The translations under genes and the position numbers were made by a program. A stretch of 64,000 nt of DNA from ANME-2 cluster archaeon. GTDB taxonomy: Archaea; Halobacteriota; Methanosarcinia; Methanosarcinales; Methanocomedenaceae. The stretch spans positions 60,138 through 124,137 of the forward strand of contig JAAXOC010000096.1 in the NCBI GenBank assembly GCA_014237145.1, given 5' to 3'. Within the stretch, counting starts at the first letter, position 1. Each line of letters opens with the position of its first letter. Positions 53,749-62,969 of this stretch are shown piece by piece. The notes beneath the pieces were generated by a model. It did no database searches, was not told the DNA's origin, and saw only the letters and a list, made by a program, of their open reading frames with translations.

Positions 53749-56700
53749 ATGCCAGCCTTTGTAACCAACGGACCCGATATCCCAGAGAGTCTATTGCGGG
53801 CACACGAAGATGGCCGTGTTGTATTTTTCTGCGGCGCTGGCATTTCATACCCGGCAGATCTGCCGGATTTTTGCGGTTTGATGGATCGGGTATATAGGGA
53901 GTTGGATACGACGTGGACGCAGTACCCAATCGAGAAGCAGGCTTATGATAATAAACAGTACGATGCGATGCTGGATCAGTTGGAACGCCGCTACCCCGGT
54001 CATCGCTTTAAGGTCAGAAAGGCGTTGGCAAACGTTCTCAAGCCCAAGTGGCGCAAAAAAGGCGCTACAACGACCCACCAGGCACTGCTGCAACTGGCTA
54101 TTGATCACAAGGGCAAGACCAGGCTAGTTACCACCAACTTTGACCGCATTTTCAAGTCCATAATAACACGGCATAAGCCTGAGATTCCGAGCTTTGATGC
54201 TCCTCTCCTGCCCATTCCAAAACCGACCCGTTGGCGTGGTGTGGTGCATCTGCACGGTTTATTACCTACTTCGGCCGACGAAACTGCGCTCAATCGCTTG
54301 GTTTTGACCAGTAGCGATTTTGGTCTGGCATACCTCACTGAGCGTTGGGCGGCTCGTTTTGTCAGCGAGTTGTTCCGAAATTACACGGTTTGCTTCGTCG
54401 GTTATGGCATCAACGACCCGGTATTGCGCTACATGATGGATGCGCTCGCCGCCGATGAGTTACTTGGTGAAACTCGACCTGAAGCCTATGCCTTCGCAAA
54501 CTTCCGCGATGGCGAACGGGACCAGGCGCAGATCGAATGGGAAACTAAAGGTGCCATTCCGCTGCTATACGAAGTGCCTACGGATACACAAAATCACTCA
54601 GCGCTTCATCTCACCCTCAAAGAGTGGGCTGACACGTATCGCGATGGTGTGAGTGGCAAGAAAATGATTATAACGAAGCATGCGAGTACGCCGCCGTTGA
54701 CATCGTCGCGGTCAGACTTTGCCGTCGGTCGCGTGCTGTGGGCATTGACAGACTGGCTGGCAGCCAAACACTTTGCCGACCTAAATCCCGTTCCCCCATT
54801 AGAATGGCTCGAACCGCTGACTAAAGCCCAGTTTAGTCATGACGACTTGGCGTGCTTCGGGGTGGTTCCCAAAAGCGAAAAAGATGAAAATCTGATTTTT
54901 AGCGTCATTAGCCGTCCAGCACCGTATACACATGCGCCCTTGATGTGCATTGTTGACATGGGTGCCCAGGTAAGCTATTGGGACGAACTCATGTTCCAAT
55001 TGGCACATTGGCTCACGCGGCATCTCGATGACCCTAAACTAATACTTTGGTTGTCCAATCAAGGCGGCCAGTTGCATAAGCGATTCGCATCTATGGTCCG
55101 GAGTCGAATTGAATACCTTGATAAGCTGGTACACGATGACAATCAGACTGAACTCGAACGTATCCGCGCTGCTGCTCCCAGAGCCATACCAAGCCGATTA
55201 ATGCGTATCCTCTGGAGGCTGCTGTTGTCCGGGTGTGTGAAGTCACCTCAAATCAATTTAGATCTCTACGATTGGTTACGCCGCTTTGAGCAGGACGGCC
55301 TCACGCCGACCTTGTGTATGGAACTACGTGAGTTTTTGAGGCCATATGTGATTCTTCGTGAACCATTCCGTTGGGACGAAGAAATAACCGACCTGCACGA
55401 GGCGAAGTCCATTAAAGATCTTGTAGAATGGGATATCGTACTGTCCAGCGATCATGTTCATTCCATGTTGCGCGATCAGGCGAACAAGCCGGGTTGGCAG
55501 GCGGCACTACCAGATTTGTTGCAGGACGTCACCGTTCTACTGCGTGATGCGCTCGATCTGATGCGGGAATTAAGCGGCGCAGAAGACAAGAGCGATTTGT
55601 CCTATCTCGATCAGCCTTCAATCAGCGAGCACGAACAGAACATAGGTTTTCCCGACTGGACGGCATTGATCGAACTCACACGCGATGCTTGGTTGGCTAC
55701 GGTGCAGACCAATCCAGCACAGGCACGGCATGCCGCAGAAGGCTGGTGGCAGGTGCCTTATCCGCTATTCAAACGGCTGGCCTTTTTTGCTGCGACACAG
55801 AGCGATGTAATTCCTCCTCCTCATGCGCTCAGCTGGCTGCTGGCCGATAATCACAAGTGGCTGTGGTCAATTATAACCAAGCGCGAAGCAATACGCCTGT
55901 TGGTGTCACTAACGCCAAAGTTGGATGCATTGGGGATAACTGAATTGGAGCAAGCCATTTTGGAGGGGCCACCGCATGAGATGTTTATGGATGACCTTGA
56001 TCCACAAGAGTGTGCACGCATCGTGGATCAAGATATCTGGTTGCGACTGGCAAAAGCGAGTGCTTCAGGGGCAGTACTCGGCCACGATGCCAGTACAAAA
56101 CTGGCTGATCTGACACTACAATATCCAGGTTGGAAGTTGGCTGAAGACGAAAGTGATGAGTTTCCGATTTGGATAAGCGAAGATGATAGGTGGCGCAATT
56201 TTGTCCCCACACCACGCCACCAAATCGAATTGATGGAGTGGCTCAAACAACCCGCCAGATCAGATCAGAGGCAGGAAGACGACTGGCTTCAGCGCTGTCG
56301 TGACGACTTTTCGACTACCTCTGGCGCCTTGTCTGCTTTGGCTCAGGATAAGGAGTGGCCCATCGAACGCTGGCGCGAAGCACTACAAGTTTGGGCAGAG
56401 GATAAATTGATCGAACACTCTTGGAGCATGGCGCAAGTAATTTCCAAAGCACCCGATGATGTAATTCAAGCACTTTCACATAGTCTCGGCTGGTGGCTGC
56501 AAGCACAAGCCAGAATCTTCAAGGGTCGTGAGGAGCTGTTTTTCGCTCTCATTCGTCGTATTCTGGAATTGGAACTCCAAAATGGGGTGCATAAGGATTA
56601 TGACCCTGTGTCTAGTGCAATCAACCATCCCGTCGGACTCGTGACGAAGGCGTTACTACACTGGTGGTATCAACAGAAGCCGAAAGACACAGAAGGTCTG

Positions 56701-57546
56701 AGAGACGAGGTCAAACCTCTATTCACTAAACTTTGCGATACGGGAGTTGAGAAGTTCCGCCACGGCCGCGTTTTGCTCGCAGCCCACGCGATTGCGCTGT
56801 TCCGAGTGGATGAGAAGTGGGTGAGAGAGTGTCTACTGCCCTTGTTCGACTGGCAACTATCTGAGGTTGAGGCACGTGCGGTCTGGGATGGCTTTTTGTG
56901 GTCACCTCGCCTCTACCTACCGCTGCAGTCAGCCATCAAACAGCCGTTGTTAGAAACAGCGACACACTATGAGGAACTCGGTAAGCACGCCGAGCAGTAT
57001 GCGGCATTTTTGACCTTTGCAGCCTTAGACCCGGGCGACACATTCACAACCAAAGAATTGGCGGAGGCGACGTGTAAATTACCTGTGGAGGGCTTGCAAA
57101 GTGCGGTGCAGGCAGTTATCCGTGCTCTTGATGGCGCTGGTGAACAACGTGGGGAATATTGGCGTAATCGTGTTCTTCCGTACTTTAATTTGGTTTGGCC
57201 CAAAACCATTGTTGTGATGACACCCACGATATCGGAGCTTTTCGGCCAGCTCTGCGTGGCTGCACAGGAAGCCTTTCCAGAGGCGTTGGAGAAGTTACAG
57301 CACTGGCTACAGCCAGTTGAACATCCATTTTATCTTATTCATCTCCTGAACGAAGCGAAATTGTGCAATCAATTTTCATCAGATGCTCTGGTGTTTCTGG
57401 ATACTGTTGTTGGTAATGATGCACAGTTGTTGCCACAAGAACTTAAGCAGTGCCTGGATGATATTGAAAAAGCCGACCAGACATTGGCCGAGGATGCGCG
57501 TTTTGTTCGGTTGAGTCAGGTTTTCGAAAGGCATGGCATTTCCTGA
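53749..57546 (+). CDS. SIR2-domain anti-phage protein, Dsr1-like (1265 aa)
   Basis: GPDIPESLLRAHEDGRVVFFCGAGIS, TTNFD, HLHG and CFVGYGINDP; long Trp-rich helical C-terminus; GGAGG SD. Confidence 0.85.
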   Translation: MPAFVTNGPDIPESLLRAHEDGRVVFFCGAGISYPADLPDFCGLMDRVYRELDTTWTQYPIEKQAYDNKQYDAMLDQLERRYPGHRFKVRKALANVLKPKWRKKGATTTHQALLQLAIDHKGKTRLVTTNFDRIFKSIITRHKPEIPSFDAPLLPIPKPTRWRGVVHLHGLLPTSADETALNRLVLTSSDFGLAYLTERWAARFVSELFRNYTVCFVGYGINDPVLRYMMDALAADELLGETRPEAYAFANFRDGERDQAQIEWETKGAIPLLYEVPTDTQNHSALHLTLKEWADTYRDGVSGKKMIITKHASTPPLTSSRSDFAVGRVLWALTDWLAAKHFADLNPVPPLEWLEPLTKAQFSHDDLACFGVVPKSEKDENLIFSVISRPAPYTHAPLMCIVDMGAQVSYWDELMFQLAHWLTRHLDDPKLILWLSNQGGQLHKRFASMVRSRIEYLDKLVHDDNQTELERIRAAAPRAIPSRLMRILWRLLLSGCVKSPQINLDLYDWLRRFEQDGLTPTLCMELREFLRPYVILREPFRWDEEITDLHEAKSIKDLVEWDIVLSSDHVHSMLRDQANKPGWQAALPDLLQDVTVLLRDALDLMRELSGAEDKSDLSYLDQPSISEHEQNIGFPDWTALIELTRDAWLATVQTNPAQARHAAEGWWQVPYPLFKRLAFFAATQSDVIPPPHALSWLLADNHKWLWSIITKREAIRLLVSLTPKLDALGITELEQAILEGPPHEMFMDDLDPQECARIVDQDIWLRLAKASASGAVLGHDASTKLADLTLQYPGWKLAEDESDEFPIWISEDDRWRNFVPTPRHQIELMEWLKQPARSDQRQEDDWLQRCRDDFSTTSGALSALAQDKEWPIERWREALQVWAEDKLIEHSWSMAQVISKAPDDVIQALSHSLGWWLQAQARIFKGREELFFALIRRILELELQNGVHKDYDPVSSAINHPVGLVTKALLHWWYQQKPKDTEGLRDEVKPLFTKLCDTGVEKFRHGRVLLAAHAIALFRVDEKWVRECLLPLFDWQLSEVEARAVWDGFLWSPRLYLPLQSAIKQPLLETATHYEELGKHAEQYAAFLTFAALDPGDTFTTKELAEATCKLPVEGLQSAVQAVIRALDGAGEQRGEYWRNRVLPYFNLVWPKTIVVMTPTISELFGQLCVAAQEAFPEALEKLQHWLQPVEHPFYLIHLLNEAKLCNQFSSDALVFLDTVVGNDAQLLPQELKQCLDDIEKADQTLAEDARFVRLSQVFERHGIS

Positions 57547-57628
57547 TGTAACGGGAGAAAGACAAAAGCATGATTGAGAAAATGTACGTTACTATGATTA
57601 TTAAGACGACACTGAAAAACAACGAATC

Positions 57629-57787
57629 ATGAGCACTAGCAATTACACCGAAGACACCCTCGTTCAGCAAACCATGGTCGAGTATCTGGATTCACAGCTC
57701 GGCTGGGAATCGGTCTATGCCTCCAACAACGAGGACTTCGGACAGGACCGCCTACCGCGCTTGATGAACGGGGTGGTGACAGTATGA
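57629..57787 (+). pseudogene. hsdR N-terminal 40 codons fused to a second hsdS C-terminal tail (not in ORF track)
   Basis: MSTSNYTEDTLVQQTMVEYLDSQLGWESVYASNNEDFGQD-RLPRLMNGVVTV*. Confidence 0.85.
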
Positions 57788-59190
57788 ACGAACACACGCT
57801 TTCCAACCTCATCGCCCTCGGCGAAGGCTTCACCACTGAGTTCAAACGTACGGTTACTTCCAGCCTCGGGCGGGAGATATGCGCTTTTGCCAATGCAACA
57901 GGTGGTATCATCCTGATTGGGGTGGATGATGATGGTGAGATTGTCGGGGTTGGCAAGCACAATAAACTTAAGTCTCAGGTCCAGTCCATCGCCCGTTCTG
58001 CCGAACCCCCCATCGCGGTTGATGTAGAGAACATTGGCGAAGTACTTTGCATCACTATACCTGAACAACACAGCAAGCCCTATTCCTTTAGCGGCAAGTT
58101 TTTCATTCGCGAAGGTGCGACCTCGCAGCAGATGGCCCGCAATGAAATCCGCGAGTTTTTCTTCAAGGAAGGGTTGATTCATTTTGATGAAACACCCTGT
58201 ACCAATTATGATCTGGAACGTGACCTGACCCCTGAGATCTGGAGCCGTTTTATTCAGCACGCCCGTCTTCCGGATGGGCTGGAGACTCGTCCTGCATTGG
58301 ATAACCTGCATCTGACCAAAGACAGCAAGATGACCCATGCCGGTGCCTGGCTGCTGTGTGATGACATCACCTGCTATACCTTGCAGGCGCATGTAACCTG
58401 TGCGATGTTTAGGGGAACGACCAAAACCTACATCCTAGACCGCAAGGATTTTGCTGGCGATCTCTATTCAATCTACGAAGACTGCATGGCCTACTTGCAG
58501 GCCAAGTTGAATACTGCTCTAATCCCTCATGCGAGAGGCCGGGACGAACGGCTGGAGTTGCCAGCAGATGCCCTCCGGGAAGCCCTGGTCAATGCCATTG
58601 CACACCGTGACTATCGCTCAACCGCCAATGTGCAGGTGTACGTCTTCTACGACCGTCTTGAGATTGTGACGCCGGGCGGCCTGCCCGCTGGGATGCGCGA
58701 GGAGGATTTGGGAGTGAAAAGTGTGCCGCGCAATCCATTGCTGTTTGGAATGTTCTATCGTATGGGGATGGTGGAACAGGTAGGCAGTGGCATCAAACGA
58801 ATCCGTGAGATGTGTCGCGATTATGGAGTGGCTGAGCCAGTGATTGAGGTCTCGGAGAACTGGGTGACAACCACGTTCAGGCGGCCGATCGAACAAGTTG
58901 AAGACCAGGTCACGGGTGAAGTCACGGGTGAAGTCACGGGTGAAGTCACAAGTGAAGTCAAGCAACTACTACATGTCCTCACCAGCGGCTCCATGATGAG
59001 AGCCGAACTGCAGGAAGCGCTCAATCTCAAGGGACAGACAAACTTCAGGGATCGTCATCTTACGCCGGCACTTGAAGTGGGCCTGATTGAGATGACCATT
59101 CCAGATAAGCCAAAGAGTCGCCTGCAGAAGTATCGACTGACCGAAAAAGGCAAGGCTTTACTTAAGGAGTTGGAAGGTGGATCGTCATGA
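57784..59190 (+). CDS. AlbA_2 (Schlafen-like) + HATPase_c_4 + C-terminal HTH protein
   Basis: GEGFTTEFKR, ICAFANATGG.ILIGVDD, REALVNAIAHRDY, RNPLL, GSGI and QKYRLT. Confidence 0.9.
   Translation: MNEHTLSNLIALGEGFTTEFKRTVTSSLGREICAFANATGGIILIGVDDDGEIVGVGKHNKLKSQVQSIARSAEPPIAVDVENIGEVLCITIPEQHSKPYSFSGKFFIREGATSQQMARNEIREFFFKEGLIHFDETPCTNYDLERDLTPEIWSRFIQHARLPDGLETRPALDNLHLTKDSKMTHAGAWLLCDDITCYTLQAHVTCAMFRGTTKTYILDRKDFAGDLYSIYEDCMAYLQAKLNTALIPHARGRDERLELPADALREALVNAIAHRDYRSTANVQVYVFYDRLEIVTPGGLPAGMREEDLGVKSVPRNPLLFGMFYRMGMVEQVGSGIKRIREMCRDYGVAEPVIEVSENWVTTTFRRPIEQVEDQVTGEVTGEVTGEVTSEVKQLLHVLTSGSMMRAELQEALNLKGQTNFRDRHLTPALEVGLIEMTIPDKPKSRLQKYRLTEKGKALLKELEGGSS
58909..58959 (+). repeat. 12-bp coding tandem repeat (VTGE)n
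   Basis: GTCACGGGTGAA three times, then GTCACAAGTGAAGTC. Confidence 0.95.
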
Positions 59191-59603
59191 ATCCCGTCCC
59201 CTACACCTAAGACACCCTTATCCAGCAGACCACCGCCGAATACCTGGAGCAGTAGCTCGGCTGGGACTCAGTCTACGCCTACAACAACGAGGACTTCAGA
59301 CCGGACAGCCTGCTGGGTCGTGCATCCGACCGTGAGGTAGTGCTGACACGCATCCTGCGTGAGAAGCTCATCGAACTGAACCCGCACCTGCCCGATAAGG
59401 CCTACGATGACGCAGTGCGCCAGATCACAGTCACCGACGCTGTGCGGGTGACCATTTGGGATTTCCTTTGGAGCGACAAAACGGGGTTGCCTGTGGAGAG
59501 TTACACATAGGATGATCTAAAAACAATATCTAATGAAGTATTTAGGCATGTTTACCGGGTATATCCATCGGTTCCATCGCCGTGTTATGCAGAAGCTGCA
59601 TGA
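59187..59603 (+). pseudogene. hsdR: hsdR with large internal deletion and three nonsense codons
   Basis: MNPVPYT*DTLIQQTTAEYLEQ*LGWDSVYAYNNEDFRPDSLLGRASDREVVL...DDAVRQITVT joined to a C-terminus-like DAVRVTIWDFLWSDKTGLPVESYT*DDLK...VFRHVYRVYPSVPSPCYAEAA*. Confidence 0.8.
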
Positions 59604-59671
59604 AAAGATAAACGAAATATTTACAGAACCGCGCCCGCCTCAGTCAAACACTACGATAGATAGCGCCTGGA

Positions 59672-60135
59672 TGCTCTGTATGCGAGCTGCGGCCTCGGGC
59701 AGTGGTGGACATATTGGGGCACCTCTGCAGCTGTTGAAATAATCGAATAAACAGCAGAGGTTCGTAGAGCGTATTTACTTTTCTCTGAGCACTCGGCGGT
59801 TCATCTTAAACTGATTACAGCTCCTGTTAGTTTCTTCAATCATCCCACCGACAGCAACCAGGTTTTGCAATGTGCCAACCGCGTGCTAACCCATGATTGC
59901 TTCCCTCACAAGTTCAAATCCGTGTAAATCCGTATCCTAAAATATTGCCACCCCAGCCCCCATTTATTCACTACCTCGCCACCCTCTGCAAACATCTGCC
60001 TGCGCTGCCGTCAGCACTCACCCTGCCGCCCCTCCTGCTCGACCCCATAGCCTGCATCTCGTTGCTCTATATGCGGGCAGCGGTCTCTGGGGTTGGTTAA
60101 TGCTGCCGATAGCGGCCATGGCTGTTGAAATATAT
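59672..60135. repeat. Pair of diverged ~70-bp direct repeats (59672-59741 and 60063-60132)
   Basis: TGCTCTrTATGCGrGCwGCGGyCTC ... GCTGTTGAAATA with the same 58-nt offset in both copies. Confidence 0.6.
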
Positions 60136-60146
60136 AATCTGTGTAA

Positions 60147-60353
60147 TGTGGTACAGATGAAGAACTTCAGGAAGCAAGGCAATTGATAAGAAAAATTCCA
60201 CAACATCCTTTAGTTAAATCTGATGTGAAAAGACCTGAGATCCTTCAGGATTTTGTTGCACTTGTTGAGGATGAGTTTAATAAAGTCCCCGAGACAGATA
60301 TTAGCAGGTGGCTGTCTAATTTTATTGACACAGATGCTAGATCGACGCCATAG
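60147..60353 (+). pseudogene. 5'-truncated gene remnant (68 codons)
   Basis: CGTDEELQEARQLIRKIPQHPLVKSDVKRPEILQDFVALVEDEFNKVPETDISRWLSNFIDTDARSTP*. Confidence 0.45.
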
Positions 60354-60399
60354 TTGGTAGTGTTCAGAAAAATAAATGGCCTTTATAGTGGTAGTATTT

Positions 60400-60557
60400 A
60401 GTGAGATCTGGGACATGGAAAGATGATGTGAATCCAACGAGGTCTAAGACCGTAGCGTGGTATCAAACGGAAACTATGGGAACTCGGGAGGGCCATTATG
60501 CTCTCCTTACAAGGGTAGGAGTTTGCAATATCAAGCCAATGAACGGTAAGACACGGT
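60400..60557 (+). mobile_element. Probable group II intron domain I fragment
   Basis: GGGACATGGAAAGATGATGTGAATCC...GGTCTAAGACCGTAGCGTGGTATCAAACGGAAACTATGGGAACTCGGGAGGGCC matches, from memory, the DI region of prokaryotic group II introns; no DV/DVI or RT seen. Confidence 0.5.
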
Positions 60558-60628
60558 TTAATGTAATAAAAAATCTCCAGTTAGTTGCCCTAAATTTAAT
60601 GTTCAGCAGAACATATATTCCTCCTATC

Positions 60629-61696
60629 ATGGAACATGAAAACGGATCCGATTCATTCTACACCCATCTTCCACACGGCTGCCAGCTCTGCTACGAAGGC
60701 GCCAAAATGGTACTCTTCGTGACCGGATTATGCCGCAAGAGCTGTTTCTACTGCCCGGTCTCTGAAAAACGGATGCGCAAGGATGTAACATTCGCTAACG
60801 AGCGCCCGGTATCGTCAGATAATGAAATCCTGGACGAAGCCCGCAGCATGAATGCCCTGGGCACCGGGATAACCGGGGGTGAACCACTGCTGGTGCCGGA
60901 CAGGGTACTTGGTTATATCAGGCTCCTGAAAACCAGCTTTGGCAGGGAGCATCACATCCACCTTTATACTGCCCTGTCCCCTGATAGAGAAATTCTAAAA
61001 GAGCTTAAAGTGGCAGGACTCGATGAGATACGATTCCATCCGCAACCGGAAATCTGGGACCATTTGCCAGGGTCAGGGTTCGCCAGGTCGCTTGGAATTG
61101 CAAAGGGACTGGGTATAGATGCAGGTTTTGAGATACCTTCCCTGCCAGGTTCAGAGCAGGTTGCAGATTTTGCCATGGATTGTGATGTATTCATCAATCT
61201 GAATGAGCTGGAGTTCTCAGAGACCAATGCAGAAGCACTGAAAGCCCGGGGTTATTCTGCTATGGATGATGAAAGCTGTCGTGCGGCCGGGAGCAGGGAT
61301 GTGGCGTATAGTATTATCCAGCAGGACCCGGGGTCAAAGGCACATTTCTGTTCATCCCGCTTCAAGGACGCTGTCCAGTTGCGCAAGAGGCTGCTACGAA
61401 CTGCCCGGATACTGGGCCGTGAATTTGATGAAGTGAACCCGGACGGTACATTATTCTATGGGGTGATACAAGGAAATGTGGACGGGATCATAGAGATGCT
61501 GACCGGACTGGACGTGCCCTGGCAGCTTTTTGAACCGCTGGATGGCAGGGTGGAACTGGCTTGTTGGGTGCTGGAGGAGATTGCACCGGAAATTGGAGAC
61601 CGGTTCCAGTCATGGTACGAAGAATGCTACCCCACATATGGCAGATTGGTTGTTGAACGAATTCCTATAGATACGGCTGTAGATTTCACTATTTAA
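60629..61696 (+). CDS. Radical SAM protein (conserved archaeal, COG2108-like)
   Basis: GCQLCYEGAKMVLFVTGLCRKSCFYCPVS (CxxxCxxC) and GITGGEP; the track's upstream extension from 60401 is probably spurious. Confidence 0.9.
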   Translation: MEHENGSDSFYTHLPHGCQLCYEGAKMVLFVTGLCRKSCFYCPVSEKRMRKDVTFANERPVSSDNEILDEARSMNALGTGITGGEPLLVPDRVLGYIRLLKTSFGREHHIHLYTALSPDREILKELKVAGLDEIRFHPQPEIWDHLPGSGFARSLGIAKGLGIDAGFEIPSLPGSEQVADFAMDCDVFINLNELEFSETNAEALKARGYSAMDDESCRAAGSRDVAYSIIQQDPGSKAHFCSSRFKDAVQLRKRLLRTARILGREFDEVNPDGTLFYGVIQGNVDGIIEMLTGLDVPWQLFEPLDGRVELACWVLEEIAPEIGDRFQSWYEECYPTYGRLVVERIPIDTAVDFTI

Positions 61697-61754
61697 CGCC
61701 AACTTTTATTTACCTTAAAGTGAACATATTGAATCCCGGTTTTACTGATTAATA

Positions 61755-62072
61755 TTGATGGTGGTAATACTGAATAATACCAATAATCAAGTCAAAGAAC
61801 GGCTAATTAAATATTTACGTAAGGATGAGACCAATCTGCGTAAGACTGTCCTGCAGATGTTCCTTGTCGGAAAAATCTATACTACGAACGACATCTATAA
61901 AAACCTCATGCAGCAGGGCTTTGACTTGAACTATCGTGGCGTCTCTGCAATGGTGGGCCTGATGAATACCCGTCTTGGTATCCTTCGTGTTGATGTGACA
62001 AGAGAGCACAACCATTATTCTTTAAAAGATGATTTCAAAGAAATCGTACAGACTGTGCTGAATAATTTTTAA
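61755..62072 (+). CDS. DUF2551-family winged-helix-like protein
   Basis: RLIKYLRKD...GVSAMVGLMNTRLGIL...YSLK; exact start uncertain. Confidence 0.75.
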   Translation: MMVVILNNTNNQVKERLIKYLRKDETNLRKTVLQMFLVGKIYTTNDIYKNLMQQGFDLNYRGVSAMVGLMNTRLGILRVDVTREHNHYSLKDDFKEIVQTVLNNF

Positions 62073-62096
62073 TAAATACTAAACAGGTGTGTTAAT

Positions 62097-62909
62097 ATGC
62101 TTCGTGTAGGAGTTGTAGGGTGTGGTGCGATCGGGTCCTTTATTTGTCATGCCCTGGATACTGAGATCGAAGGTACCCGGCTTGTTGCCGTACACGAACA
62201 CCATACAGAACTAATGGAAACTCTATGCGCCAGCCTGTCCTGTAAACCAGGGATGGTGAAGATCCGCAAGATGGTAGAAATGGTAGACCTTGTTGTAGAA
62301 GCTGCAGCACCCGAAGCTGTGCCGATAGCAGCAGTTACTGCTCTTGAGAATGGGTGTGATGTAATGATAATGAGTGTAGGCGCCCTGGTCGATTCCGACC
62401 TGATGGACAGGCTGTCGTCCCTGGCACTGGAAAATAACTGTAAGATATACCTTCCTTCAGGAGCAGTAGTGGGTATTGACGGGATCAAATCCGCATCCAT
62501 AGCTGGAATAGAATCTGTTACTCTCACCTCGACCAAACCGCCCAGGGCTCTTAGCGGAGCACCGTACGTTGTCGAAAACAATATTGACCTGGAGGGTTTC
62601 AGGGAATCCACGGTAATTTTCGAGGGTGCTGCCCATGATGCTGTGAAAGCCTTCCCCGCAAATGTCAATGTGGCTGCTGCCATCAGCCTGGCAGGTATCG
62701 GTGTGGAAAAAACAAGGGTACGCATAATAGTTGACCCGGCCAGTGACAGGAACCGACATGAGATAGAAGTAGTAGGGGACTTTGGCAGGTTTACTACACA
62801 GGTCGAGAATGTACCTTCCCCGGAAAACCCGAAAACAAGCTATCTGGCCGCCCTGTCTGCCGTGGCCACACTTAAAAAGATTGCAAGTCCGCTGCAAATC
62901 GGAACTTAA
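62097..62909 (+). CDS. nadX: L-aspartate dehydrogenase
   Basis: GCGAIG, PSGAVVGID, FPANVNVA and NPKTSYLA. Confidence 0.93.
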   Translation: MLRVGVVGCGAIGSFICHALDTEIEGTRLVAVHEHHTELMETLCASLSCKPGMVKIRKMVEMVDLVVEAAAPEAVPIAAVTALENGCDVMIMSVGALVDSDLMDRLSSLALENNCKIYLPSGAVVGIDGIKSASIAGIESVTLTSTKPPRALSGAPYVVENNIDLEGFRESTVIFEGAAHDAVKAFPANVNVAAAISLAGIGVEKTRVRIIVDPASDRNRHEIEVVGDFGRFTTQVENVPSPENPKTSYLAALSAVATLKKIASPLQIGT

Positions 62910-62969
62910 AAAAACCAGGAAAGAGTAGTTATACTACTCCGCATGTGTAATTCGGAACTATAGATAAAA

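Noticed and set aside
53537..53749. 70-aa ORF between hsdM::S and the sirtuin gene
   Set aside because: TTG start and no recognisable family; more likely intergenic, though not excluded
59187..59603. Pyrrolysine readthrough of TAG codons in hsdR
   Set aside because: The frame also has a TAA and a large deletion; TAG is an ordinary stop in core genes here
60401..60628. N-terminal extension of the radical SAM protein
   Set aside because: Not protein-like; family similarity begins near ATG 60629, and the region is better explained as a non-coding relic
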